Part shown: positions 8,769-18,456 of the stretch, piece after piece
Layout of the letters: each line of letters begins with the position of its first letter
Position numbering within the stretch: position 1 is the stretch's first letter
IMG/VR virus record: IMGVR_UViG_3300010153_000003
Coordinates: 1,075-65,074 of that record
Length of the DNA: 64,000 bases
Reading direction: 5' to 3' (one strand)
From: a virus
Lineage: Duplodnaviria; Caudoviricetes
Notes under the pieces: model-generated
What the model was told of the DNA's origin: nothing
The model's input: only the letters and a program-made list of their open reading frames with translations
Databases searched by the model: none
Program-made: the position numbers and the translations under genes

Positions 8769-11689
8769 TGGCAAGAGTGAAGGCATTAGTAAACAATACT
8801 CCGATTAAATTATTAGAATCAGAGGTAACTCGTGAAGGGGAGAGAGCTATAGATCAAACAAAGATAATAGTGCCTGCATGTTCAGCAGTATGTATAGGAT
8901 GTAATTTAAAAATATTACAGGATGCTGTAGATCTAAGTTGTATGGTTGGAGGATATATGTTCCAAGGAAATGCATTGGATGAATCAGGTCTTGATCATAA
9001 TTCATTTGGGTGTGTTCAGTATCCAAGAATAGATACCAGACTTGTTTATGATGGAGGTTTAAAACAGAATGGATATAGAGACACATCTGCAATAGAAACA
9101 GGTACAATCACAGGAACTTCAGGAAAGGTGAATACTCAAGCATTGTGTTTTGACGGTACTTCTGATTATGTTACATATACATGTGAAAGTATATTTGATT
9201 TAGACTTATCTACACCTTTTTCTCATTCTGTGTGGTTAAAAACCAGTGATGTATCTGTACCAATAATATCTAAAAAAGCAACAGGTGCTGGAAGTACAGG
9301 ATATGAAGTGTCATTAAATTGTACTGGTCAAGTTGCTTTGTTAATCACAAACACCACAACTACTAACGAATTACATATAAGGGGAGATACTGCAGTAAAC
9401 ACATGTGTGTGGACTCATGTTGCAGTTACATATAGTGGTGTTCCTACTGATGGAGCAGCAGCAGTAAAGATATACATTAACGGCATAGAGGATACATATG
9501 GAATAATAGCAACAACATTGACATCAACTACATTGAACTGCTCAGATCTAACATACGGTGCATACTGTAACGGATCATCAAAATACGCAGGAGCAATGGA
9601 TGATGCGGCTTTATTTATCTCAAAGGTATTAAGTGAAGCACAGGTAAGATCTATGTTCCAGCAAGGAACTATTAAGTCAACTACAGGTAAATACGGTGAT
9701 GCAGTTTTATTCAATGGTATTGATTCTTATTATGAAGTACCATATTCTACAGATTATGATTTTACCGGCACATTTGACATACAATTATGGGCAAAATGGT
9801 CTAGTACAACTTTAGGTTATATATTTACAAGACGTACTCTATCAGGTAATGGACTTGCTCTATCTGTTAACAGATTGACCACTGGTGATATTGTTGCAGA
9901 AGTAGATGGTAATAACATAAAAACATGTGGCACAGCATATAATGATAATGCATGGCATTTTATTAGAATATATAGAGGAACTGATAACGTGGTTCATTTG
10001 GAAGTAGATAATGTTGCACAATCAACAACTACCGTAGGATCAAATTTGACGTTAGCATCTCCAGGACTTATGATAGGTACAAATCATAACAGAACAGCAT
10101 ATTTTGACGGAGCAATAAATATGGTGAGATTATATACCAGGGTTTTATCTACTGTTCAAGTAACTAGATTATATAGTGAAGTAGAAGCAACATCAATAAT
10201 GAAATTTGGAGGGACAACTACCAAACTTTCAAAAGAGATAATTATAAAAGAAGTAATAGCACAATCAAAAGGAGAGAAATTAGGAATTACTGAGGTAAGA
10301 GCACAACAGTACAATAATAGAACTCCAGAATTCATAATAGATGACCTTGTAAGAAATAATACAGATTTAATTCCTCATATGCATGGATCAAGCAGTGGTA
10401 TAGTATTATCAAGATTTAATGCTGACGGTAAACTAATAGACATAATAAGAGATTTGACACAATTAACCGGCAGAACATTCAATACAGATCCATTGGGAAG
10501 ATTTCACATGCATGACAATGCATTTAATCCTACTTGTTTTGTGTTTACTCATGGCAACTGTTCTCTTAATTTTGAATGTGTTCAAGATGATACTGAGATA
10601 ATCAACGATCTTGTTGTTATAGGTGAGACTAAGAGATATGATACTGTAGAAACATTCAGTGGTGATGCATGTAGAACACAGTTTTGTTTGACATTTGGTG
10701 CAACGACATCACGTGTTCTTATATCATGTGTGGAGAAGACCGCAGAAGAAGATTACAATACATGTGTACTCAACAAAACCATTACGTTTGTTTCTGCTCC
10801 TGCATCTGCATCATGTAATATAAGAGTTGAATATCAGTATGAGATTCCTCTGTTGATAAGAGGTGAGAAACAGTCAAGTATAGATATAAACGGCAGACAC
10901 AGTAAGAGAATGGTAATGCCTTGGATCAGAACAAGGAATGACGGTATACGGTTCATAAATGGTTATCTTAACAGGTATAAAGAAATAAGAACATCTTTGA
11001 AATTGACATTAGGTGTAATAAAAAACTCTGTTAATGAGGGAGATGTGGTTCGCGTAATTAATAATGTGAAGAATATAGATGGTTCATTTGTTGTGAAATC
11101 ATTGACATGGAGATATCCAGAAATGAAGACTGTTATGCTTGTAGGTGAGTTCAAATTTGATGACCTTGAATATGAAAAACAGATCATTGAAAAACTTCAC
11201 GATCTGGAATCTGCACTCACAGAGATTAAGGATATTAGATGTTCTGAACAGTTAGAGGAAGTCATGTGTATATCTGATAATGTGAATATTGTAACTGGTC
11301 TATCTGAAGGATTGATAATGGCTGAATCCATGTCATTGAATGATGTTATAAGTCTTACAATAGTCGTACCTGCTGTATATGATCAGTCTTACGTGTATTG
11401 TGGAGATGATGGAGTATATGGAACTGAGATAATCTCTGCAGGATTCACAGAATCTGGATTCACGAGTAGTGGATTTACTGCTGCATTAACTGCTACTGCA
11501 TTAGAATATAATCTATTATTAGAAACAGGGGATTTCCTATTAAAAGAGGATAGTGACAAGGTATTAGGAGAAGGTTCTACGCCTGAAATAGTAGTAGCAG
11601 ATACGAGTTTCACCATATTATTAGAGAACGGAAGCGTAATACTTATAGAGAACGGTGACAATCTATTATTAGATACGCAGGATAATTGA
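8768..11689 (+). CDS. Tail tip/hub protein with two inserted LamG (concanavalin A-like) domains
   Basis: FDGTSDYV...WTHVAVTY...IYING...GAMDD and FNGIDSY...WHFI...FDGAI repeats; hub-like INDLVVIG and SI...GR..K segments. Confidence 0.7.
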   Translation: MARVKALVNNTPIKLLESEVTREGERAIDQTKIIVPACSAVCIGCNLKILQDAVDLSCMVGGYMFQGNALDESGLDHNSFGCVQYPRIDTRLVYDGGLKQNGYRDTSAIETGTITGTSGKVNTQALCFDGTSDYVTYTCESIFDLDLSTPFSHSVWLKTSDVSVPIISKKATGAGSTGYEVSLNCTGQVALLITNTTTTNELHIRGDTAVNTCVWTHVAVTYSGVPTDGAAAVKIYINGIEDTYGIIATTLTSTTLNCSDLTYGAYCNGSSKYAGAMDDAALFISKVLSEAQVRSMFQQGTIKSTTGKYGDAVLFNGIDSYYEVPYSTDYDFTGTFDIQLWAKWSSTTLGYIFTRRTLSGNGLALSVNRLTTGDIVAEVDGNNIKTCGTAYNDNAWHFIRIYRGTDNVVHLEVDNVAQSTTTVGSNLTLASPGLMIGTNHNRTAYFDGAINMVRLYTRVLSTVQVTRLYSEVEATSIMKFGGTTTKLSKEIIIKEVIAQSKGEKLGITEVRAQQYNNRTPEFIIDDLVRNNTDLIPHMHGSSSGIVLSRFNADGKLIDIIRDLTQLTGRTFNTDPLGRFHMHDNAFNPTCFVFTHGNCSLNFECVQDDTEIINDLVVIGETKRYDTVETFSGDACRTQFCLTFGATTSRVLISCVEKTAEEDYNTCVLNKTITFVSAPASASCNIRVEYQYEIPLLIRGEKQSSIDINGRHSKRMVMPWIRTRNDGIRFINGYLNRYKEIRTSLKLTLGVIKNSVNEGDVVRVINNVKNIDGSFVVKSLTWRYPEMKTVMLVGEFKFDDLEYEKQIIEKLHDLESALTEIKDIRCSEQLEEVMCISDNVNIVTGLSEGLIMAESMSLNDVISLTIVVPAVYDQSYVYCGDDGVYGTEIISAGFTESGFTSSGFTAALTATALEYNLLLETGDFLLKEDSDKVLGEGSTPEIVVADTSFTILLENGSVILIENGDNLLLDTQDN

Positions 11690-11695
11690 TGAAAT

Positions 11696-12349
11696 ATGGC
11701 TGATACAAAAATAACAAATTTGGGAACATTGACCACTGCATGTACTTGTGATGTCATACCAATAGTAGATGTTACATGTCCAGCAACTACATTAAAGATA
11801 ACATATGATAATTTTATAGGTGGAAATAAAGTAATAGGAACTCAGGATTTCTGGATTCCAGCAGGAGCTTGGGTTGTAGATCCCACAGCATGTACAGGTG
11901 CTGATATCACAGATACAAAGGTAGGATCTGTTTATACAAGTACTATTAATTTTGATGCATCTACTTCAGAAGATGCTCAATTCACATGGCATCCACCAGC
12001 AAATTGGGATAATTCAACTGTTCTATGGCAGTTAGTTTGGACTAATACAGGTGGGTCTGCAGCAGAAACTATAGATTTTGATTTAGCAGGAGTAGCTATA
12101 TCAGATGACGATCCTATAGCATCAGCAGCATTTGGTACAGCAAAATCTGTAACTGATACTTTTACAGCACAGAATGATCACAATGTGACTGCATTTAGTA
12201 CAGTATTAACGATAGGCGGATCACCTGCAACGGGCGATTCAATAGTATTCAAACTATCAAGAGACACAGCATCTGATGACTTAACAGGTGATTGTAAAGT
12301 GTTGGGTGTAAATATAAGAGCAACAGTAAACGCAGGTACATCGACGTAG
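11696..12349 (+). CDS. Minor tail/fibre protein
   Basis: MADTKITNL...DVIPIVDV N-terminus; FDASTSEDAQF...P.NWD domain typical of virion proteins. Confidence 0.6.
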   Translation: MADTKITNLGTLTTACTCDVIPIVDVTCPATTLKITYDNFIGGNKVIGTQDFWIPAGAWVVDPTACTGADITDTKVGSVYTSTINFDASTSEDAQFTWHPPANWDNSTVLWQLVWTNTGGSAAETIDFDLAGVAISDDDPIASAAFGTAKSVTDTFTAQNDHNVTAFSTVLTIGGSPATGDSIVFKLSRDTASDDLTGDCKVLGVNIRATVNAGTST

Positions 12350-12351
12350 AA

Positions 12352-13260
12352 ATGTCCTTTATAGGCATGGTCGGAAGTACCGCAGCTTCTGCATCAGCAA
12401 AAAGAAGATATTATTCAGACACATCAAGCCGTTTGACAGATGTAGGTTCAGGTATTTTAGATGAATGTGGTGGTGTACCATGTAGAACAATGTATACTTA
12501 TTTATCTTCTAGTTCAATAACAGTTTCAAGAGCCGTTCAAGTTGAAGTATTATTAGTTGGTGGAGGTGGAAGTGGTTCAGGCGGACCTGGATATAACGGT
12601 GGAGGTGGAGGAGGAGGTGTAGTCCAAACCACTGCATTTTGTCTCCCACCAGGAACATATCCAATCACAGTTGGTGGCGCTCAACAAGATACTGTTTTTA
12701 ACGGTATAACAGCAAGACGTGGTGGAGCAGGAAACAGTCCGGCTGGAAAGGATAATAACGGATCTAATGGCGGTGGAGGAGGTGCAACAACACCTGGTGC
12801 TACAGGTATTGGTAACTGTGTACCAGGATGTTTTACAGCTACAGTTAATGGAGGTGGATATTCAGGCGGAGGCGGATCATGGGCTCCTAATTATAATACT
12901 GGAGGTGGTGCAGGAGCTGGTGGTAACGGAAGTGGTGGAGCAGGACCTGGTGGCAATGGTGTTCAAATTACATGTTTTGAAGCTGTTGATTATTGGTATG
13001 GCGGAGGTGGAGGAGGAGCATCTGGAGCACCAGGACCTAGTGGTTCAGGTGGTAACGGAGGTCAAGGTGGAGGTGGAGCAGGAAATCATAACAACTCTCC
13101 GAATAATGGTTCAGGCGGAACTGGCGGAAGAGCTGTGCCAGGTCCAGGAACATCTGGTGGTGGAGCTAATACTGGTGGAGGAGGAGGAGGTAACCAACAA
13201 TCTGGTGGTGCAGGTGGCGGATCAGGTATAGTAGTTATACGTATCTTACCTCCAGCGTAG
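12352..13260 (+). CDS. Glycine-rich tail fibre domain protein
   Basis: VEVLLVGGGG...GGGGGGG...ANTGGGGGG...GGSGIVVIR. Confidence 0.75.
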   Translation: MSFIGMVGSTAASASAKRRYYSDTSSRLTDVGSGILDECGGVPCRTMYTYLSSSSITVSRAVQVEVLLVGGGGSGSGGPGYNGGGGGGGVVQTTAFCLPPGTYPITVGGAQQDTVFNGITARRGGAGNSPAGKDNNGSNGGGGGATTPGATGIGNCVPGCFTATVNGGGYSGGGGSWAPNYNTGGGAGAGGNGSGGAGPGGNGVQITCFEAVDYWYGGGGGGASGAPGPSGSGGNGGQGGGGAGNHNNSPNNGSGGTGGRAVPGPGTSGGGANTGGGGGGNQQSGGAGGGSGIVVIRILPPA

Positions 13261-13294
13261 AATTCTTTATATATCTATAGAACAATATATTATT

Positions 13295-14092
13295 ATGGCA
13301 AATTGGCCGGAAAAAACTGATACTTGTGTAGGAACATGTGTTCAATATGGAGCACCTGATGTAAGACGGTTTGCCAGATTGTATAATAATCAGAACGTAA
13401 ACATATCATGTTATTCTTGTAGTACTGTAGAGATACATGAATCTAATGTATTTGAATTCCAATCAGATGTATCTGGAAACACATCATTGTATTTACAGGA
13501 ACCTAATGCAGGTTGTCAGTCAGTTCGCATTAAAACAACTATTTTGGCAGCATGTGCCGTAGCGACCATTCCAGCTATAGGAGCAGCAGATACTTTTACA
13601 TTTAATTGTGCTACTGCGACATTAACTAATAAAACCATTGATCTAAATTCATCTAATGTAATAAAACATACAGGTGCAGCGGCTGGGGACCAATTAATAT
13701 ATAACCTAACATGTACAAAATATGAATCACAAGCTGTAAGAGAGACATTCAAAACTCATTTTGGTAATCAATGTACAGCAGTAGCAGTTGGATGTGGCCA
13801 GATGGAATTCCAGATGCCTTATAATTTCACACTGACAGATATATTCGCCACAGTTAAAACAGCTTCTTCATCCGGGCTCCCTAGTATACAAGTTCAACAG
13901 AGTGGATTAGATATTCTATCAACAGCTATAACAATAGATGTGGGAGAAAAGACATCTAGAACTGCAGCAGCACCAGTAGTAATAGCAGATAATACGTTGG
14001 ATATAAATGGTGTTATAACATTTGATATCGATGCGATAGGCACTGGTGTGACCGGATTAGTTATATACCTAGTAGGATATCAACGCTTCTAA
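13295..14092 (+). CDS. Tail fibre protein
   Basis: ATLTNKTI repeat; C-terminal FQMPYNFTLT...ILST.ITID.GEKTS.TAA...ITFDID.IGTG..GL domain. Confidence 0.65.
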   Translation: MANWPEKTDTCVGTCVQYGAPDVRRFARLYNNQNVNISCYSCSTVEIHESNVFEFQSDVSGNTSLYLQEPNAGCQSVRIKTTILAACAVATIPAIGAADTFTFNCATATLTNKTIDLNSSNVIKHTGAAAGDQLIYNLTCTKYESQAVRETFKTHFGNQCTAVAVGCGQMEFQMPYNFTLTDIFATVKTASSSGLPSIQVQQSGLDILSTAITIDVGEKTSRTAAAPVVIADNTLDINGVITFDIDAIGTGVTGLVIYLVGYQRF

Positions 14093-14127
14093 AACCTTAT
14101 ATATTTCTTTAGTTAACATATATATAT

Positions 14128-14619
14128 ATGACATCTGAGAGATTAAAAGCATTAAAGGGCCGTGTACATATAAAGGCATGGCAGAAACAACCAGATGGTA
14201 CGGAAAAAATAATTAAAGATACAACATTTGATAATCTTATAGTTAATACAGGTAAAGACAGTATATTAAGACGGATAGGCGGATTGACTTGTGGTGGACA
14301 GGCAGGAGGAATCGGAGTGGGGGACTCTACTACAGCAGCAGCATTATCAGATACAGACCTAGTAGCAGCATCCAATAAATACTGGAAAGATACATCAGTA
14401 TGTGATTCAACATATGTAAGACCAACATTGTTTGTTACAGCAGATTTCGGATTTGCAGAGGCAAATTTTACATGGAATGAGATAGGATTATGTGATAATC
14501 AAGGTACACCAAATAGTCCTGTAGGTGGTTCTAAAATGTGGGCTCGTCAGATAGATGCAAGTCCACTAGTAAAAGATGTCTCTAAGAGAGCTATTGTGGA
14601 GTGGCAATTGTCACTATGA
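14128..14619 (+). CDS. Tail fibre attachment/baseplate-like protein
   Basis: NLIVNTG...IGVGD.TTA....DT.L...EANFTWNEIGL motif common in phage tail proteins. Confidence 0.6.
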   Translation: MTSERLKALKGRVHIKAWQKQPDGTEKIIKDTTFDNLIVNTGKDSILRRIGGLTCGGQAGGIGVGDSTTAAALSDTDLVAASNKYWKDTSVCDSTYVRPTLFVTADFGFAEANFTWNEIGLCDNQGTPNSPVGGSKMWARQIDASPLVKDVSKRAIVEWQLSL

Positions 14620-16037
14620 CTCGTGTTCTTATTCCTCGTTCAGATAATAGAAACGCAAAAAAAATACAAACTTCTGATTTTGAAAAATATTTTGATTTCG
14701 TTGGAGATCATATTGCTTCTGGTTTTTGTATGTCAGCAGGAACAGGGTTAGCAGTTAATGTATCAGCAGGAACTGGAAGATTAAATGGTTTATATGTAGA
14801 AGGTACCACAACTGATGAAGTGACAGATCTTTTACCATGTGATGGTAATTACGTATATGTAACTATGTGTAATGATCCTAATGGAGAACCACAAGCATGG
14901 AAGTTCACAAGTAATATTACAGGAGTAACACCTGCATGTAGTACACCTTTAGGAATTGCCACAACAAATTGTTCAGGAGTAACAGCAGTAGATAATATAA
15001 CAGGAAGAAGAACAACAAGTGGATTAGGAGGTCCCCAATATAATCAATTTTGTTCAACAGGTACTTTTACACCGAGTAAACAGACAGGTTTTACAACAGT
15101 AACAGTAGATACTAGTTGTACAACTGCTGGAACAATAGATGTTAAAATAGATGGTTCAACAACTGCCTCTTATGAATCTGGTGTTAATACAAGTATAATA
15201 AATCCTAGTTGTAGTTTAACAATTTGTGCAAATGATAAAGGCCATGATTTATCTGTTGCTTCTTACGATTCAAAAAATAAAACCTTTTGTGGTTATTTTC
15301 GAGGTATGTATTTCAGATCTGATGGAGCAAAATACTATTTAGCTGGATATACTGGATTAAGAGAAATTGATATGTCAACTCCATGGGATGTAACAACAGC
15401 TTCTGATAATGATACTTGGACTGGAGTAAGACCTACAATAGAATTTGGAACCACCGTTTTTTTCAAACCTGATGGTACTAAAGCATGGGTATCTGGTACT
15501 CCACCAAGTGGGACCTGTTATTCAATAAGAGAAGTTGAATTCACCACGGCATGGGATGTAACAACAGCTAGTTATAGCGGAACGACTTTCCAACCTGCTG
15601 CATATGTTACGGAATCAGTGTATTTTAAATCCGATGGAACAAAAGGTTATGCATTAACAGGTAATGATTGTGTAAATGAATTTTCCATGTCAACTCCATG
15701 GGATATTTCCACAGCTTCTGTAGTTAATACTTATTGTACATCAGCTCAAGATGGATCGCCAAAGGGAATTGATTTTAACGATACAGGAACCTACTATTAT
15801 ATTTCGGGCGATTCCAATAACAAGATTTTTGAATATTCAATGAGTACACCTTGGGATATTTCTACTTCATCTTATACAGGAAATTCTTTTTCAGTATCTA
15901 GTCAAACTACTGCACCTAGTTCAGTACGATTTGGAAATTCAGGTGCTAAAATGTACATTATGAAACAAGATCAAAGAGTTTATCAGTATTCAACAGTTAC
16001 TGCTTTCGCAGGAACAGCAAGAGCTAGTGTAATATAA
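14616..16037 (+). CDS. Receptor-binding tail fibre with STPWD(V/I)(T/S)TAS beta-propeller-like repeats
   Basis: Four (S/T)T(P/A)WD repeats with F(K/R/N).(D/S)G.K motifs; ATG at 14616 overlaps the previous stop. Confidence 0.65.
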   Translation: MTRVLIPRSDNRNAKKIQTSDFEKYFDFVGDHIASGFCMSAGTGLAVNVSAGTGRLNGLYVEGTTTDEVTDLLPCDGNYVYVTMCNDPNGEPQAWKFTSNITGVTPACSTPLGIATTNCSGVTAVDNITGRRTTSGLGGPQYNQFCSTGTFTPSKQTGFTTVTVDTSCTTAGTIDVKIDGSTTASYESGVNTSIINPSCSLTICANDKGHDLSVASYDSKNKTFCGYFRGMYFRSDGAKYYLAGYTGLREIDMSTPWDVTTASDNDTWTGVRPTIEFGTTVFFKPDGTKAWVSGTPPSGTCYSIREVEFTTAWDVTTASYSGTTFQPAAYVTESVYFKSDGTKGYALTGNDCVNEFSMSTPWDISTASVVNTYCTSAQDGSPKGIDFNDTGTYYYISGDSNNKIFEYSMSTPWDISTSSYTGNSFSVSSQTTAPSSVRFGNSGAKMYIMKQDQRVYQYSTVTAFAGTARASVI

Positions 16038-16073
16038 CAAAGATTAATATATAGTAACATACTTTAATATTAT

Positions 16074-16715
16074 ATGAAATTTGAATTTTTATGGGACCCA
16101 TTTATTATTATAATTAGAGATGTGTTTACAGAAAAAGAAAACAAAGAAATATTAGCAGAAGCAGTGAACAACAAAAAGAAATTTGAAGAATCTGTAATTG
16201 GAGCAGGTAAAGACAAAAAATTCAGAAATAACACTGTAGCATATTATGACTTGATATATCAACAAGACAGAAGTAAATCTAAACTATTAAAAAAGATAGA
16301 TGACCTATTTAATACTCCTATATTTAAAGAAGTTTTATCAAGTTCACCATCACCAATAAGCAAATTCAGTAGTTCTAACTACCATGAAACACAAGTTAGT
16401 AGATATGGAGATGAAGGACAGAAATATAATTACCATGTAGATGCATTTTCAAATGATAATAGGCAGTTAACTATGGTGTATTACTTTAATGAAGAGCCAA
16501 AAAAATACAAAGGAGGGGAAATTTCATTAACAGACTCTCCAATATTTAGAGGAAAAAAAATGGATAAATCAAGAGAAGAGGTAACAATAATCCCAGAGAA
16601 TAATATGGCAGTGGTATTTGGAGGTAGATTGCCACACTTTGTACATCCTACTAAATCACCAAAAACATTCAGTAAAGGTAGATTCTCTGTTAATTGTTGG
16701 ATAGGTATAAAATGA
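16074..16715 (+). CDS. 2OG-Fe(II) oxygenase (prolyl 4-hydroxylase-like)
   Basis: Y.YHVD...LTMVYY...KGGE...H.V.P...RFSVNCW. Confidence 0.85.
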   Translation: MKFEFLWDPFIIIIRDVFTEKENKEILAEAVNNKKKFEESVIGAGKDKKFRNNTVAYYDLIYQQDRSKSKLLKKIDDLFNTPIFKEVLSSSPSPISKFSSSNYHETQVSRYGDEGQKYNYHVDAFSNDNRQLTMVYYFNEEPKKYKGGEISLTDSPIFRGKKMDKSREEVTIIPENNMAVVFGGRLPHFVHPTKSPKTFSKGRFSVNCWIGIK

Positions 16716-17239
16716 CATTTTATAAAAAAGGTTACCATGTAATTAGGAATTTAATATCAGAAAAACATGCACATGAATTACATGATCATTTAAATAGTCG
16801 TGAAGATGGTAATCTTACATGTGTTCAGGCTGAAGGATCACCTTCATTTTACGGAGATGAGTTAATGGAAAAACTACAATTAGAACTACTTCCTAAAATA
16901 GAAAAAGCAACACAATTAGAATTATATAAAACATATACATATGCCAGGGTTTACAAACGAGGGGATATATTAAAAATACATAGAGATAGACCAGCATGTG
17001 AAATATCAATAACATTAGATCTAGGAGGAGATCCATGGGATATATGGGTATTAGACAGAGATGAGAATCCAGTTAAAGTAAAATTAAATCCAGGAGATGC
17101 GTTAATATATAGAGGATGTGAGATATGGCATTGGCGTTCAAAATTTGATGGTGATAATCACGCACAAGTGTTTGTACATTTTGTAGATAAATTTGGTCCG
17201 TGTTCATGGGCTAAGGATGACATGAAAAAACAACCATAG
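16712..17239 (+). CDS. 2OG-Fe(II) oxygenase-like protein (marine virus family)
   Basis: TYTYARVY..GD.L..HRDRPACEISITL...GDALIYRGC...HWR...QVFVHFVD; ATG at 16712. Confidence 0.85.
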   Translation: MTFYKKGYHVIRNLISEKHAHELHDHLNSREDGNLTCVQAEGSPSFYGDELMEKLQLELLPKIEKATQLELYKTYTYARVYKRGDILKIHRDRPACEISITLDLGGDPWDIWVLDRDENPVKVKLNPGDALIYRGCEIWHWRSKFDGDNHAQVFVHFVDKFGPCSWAKDDMKKQP

Positions 17240-17269
17240 ATTTATATCATGGATTATACTAATAAATAT

Positions 17270-17410
17270 ATGAACTATAATTTTAGATGTAAGCAATGTA
17301 ATTGGGGATGTTTCATTGACCCCAATTTAGCAAAAGATGATTTCAAATATCAATGTACTAAATGCAGTAGTGTATATATGATAAGTGGTGGCGAGATTGG
17401 TTCTCAATAG
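17270..17410 (+). CDS. 46-aa zinc-ribbon microprotein (not in ORF track)
   Basis: MNYNFRCKQC...YQCTKC...; TTTATAT box about 25 nt upstream. Confidence 0.55.
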   Translation: MNYNFRCKQCNWGCFIDPNLAKDDFKYQCTKCSSVYMISGGEIGSQ

Positions 17411-18152
17411 CGACGTAAATAAAGAAGCATATTTTGCTTATAGAAAAGCCCAGATGGAAGCAATGGGCACAGAAAGACTAGGTGTTATACACGTATCAGA
17501 TTTAATCAAACCTTGTATGAGAAATGTAATGTATAATAAATTTGTACCACATGAGTATAAACAAATGACAACAGAAGATATGAAGTCTATGTTCTATGGT
17601 CAAGCAGTACATAAGGTTACTAATCTATCAACAAACAGAGAAGACAATGAGTTATTCTTTGGGTATAATTATGAGGAAGATAAACCAGTAACATATGAGG
17701 AAGCAAAGGCAATGAAACCAGACGATCCCAAACACTTGGATATAATATATGGAAGTGCTGACGATCTAATAGAAGTAGATGGCGAACTTGTCATTGTGGA
17801 TAAAAAAACTACAGGCAGTATAGATTATTTTTCAAGAGCAACCTCAAAGGCAAGCGAATCTCATATTATACAGATTAACTGTTATAGAGTATTGCTTAAT
17901 AAATGTTATGGAAGAGACGCTAAACGGGGCTGCAATATTTATATCAGTAATAGTATTAGCAAAGAAAAGAGAGATATACCAGTACCTATCACATATAAAC
18001 TAGGTAAACCAGAGGAATATCTAAACATGATGATTACTAATGCTAGAACAATAAAAGAATCTTTGGCATCAAAGGAACTACCAGAAAGAACGAGATGTTT
18101 TCTGTGTGATGGTATGTGTCCCTGGATAAACCAATGTTTCGGAGATGAATAA
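17385..18152 (+). CDS. Solo Cas4-like PD-(D/E)XK exonuclease with Fe-S cysteines
   Basis: HVSDL..PC, GSADD...IVDKKT, QINCY, C-terminal C..C...CPW...C. Confidence 0.8.
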   Translation: MVARLVLNSDVNKEAYFAYRKAQMEAMGTERLGVIHVSDLIKPCMRNVMYNKFVPHEYKQMTTEDMKSMFYGQAVHKVTNLSTNREDNELFFGYNYEEDKPVTYEEAKAMKPDDPKHLDIIYGSADDLIEVDGELVIVDKKTTGSIDYFSRATSKASESHIIQINCYRVLLNKCYGRDAKRGCNIYISNSISKEKRDIPVPITYKLGKPEEYLNMMITNARTIKESLASKELPERTRCFLCDGMCPWINQCFGDE

Positions 18153-18456
18153 ATGATCAGAATAATGCAAAAAATATTGGCAGAATTACAGACAACCAAC
18201 GAACTACTAACCAAAATGGAGGAACACCTAAAAGCATTAACACTACCACCAGATCTCACACAGTATAAAAGAAAAAAACTTCCAGGAGAAGAAGATGGAG
18301 AGGCCTGAATGGGATTGGTTAACAGGAGACGAAGACGAAGATGAGTGATAATCTCTGCGATATGTGTTGGGCATTAGGTAATACATTCCCTTTTAGAGAT
18401 GACTCTACAGTATGTGCTAAATGTCTAGTAAAACTTGCATTCATGAGGATAAATAA

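Noticed and set aside
12719-13231. 170-aa alternative-frame ORF rich in V/E/Q
   Set aside because: Frame-shifted reading of GGT/GGA glycine codons in the Gly-rich fibre gene.
865-16037. Reassignment of the TGT codon as the cause of excess Cys
   Set aside because: TGT also encodes canonical CxxC ligands (MCM zinc finger, Cas4), and the replaced residues are varied (D, S, G, N, T) rather than one amino acid.
17385-18152. Cas4-like gene as evidence of a CRISPR-Cas system
   Set aside because: No repeat-spacer array or other cas genes were seen; solo Cas4-like nucleases are common in archaeal viruses.
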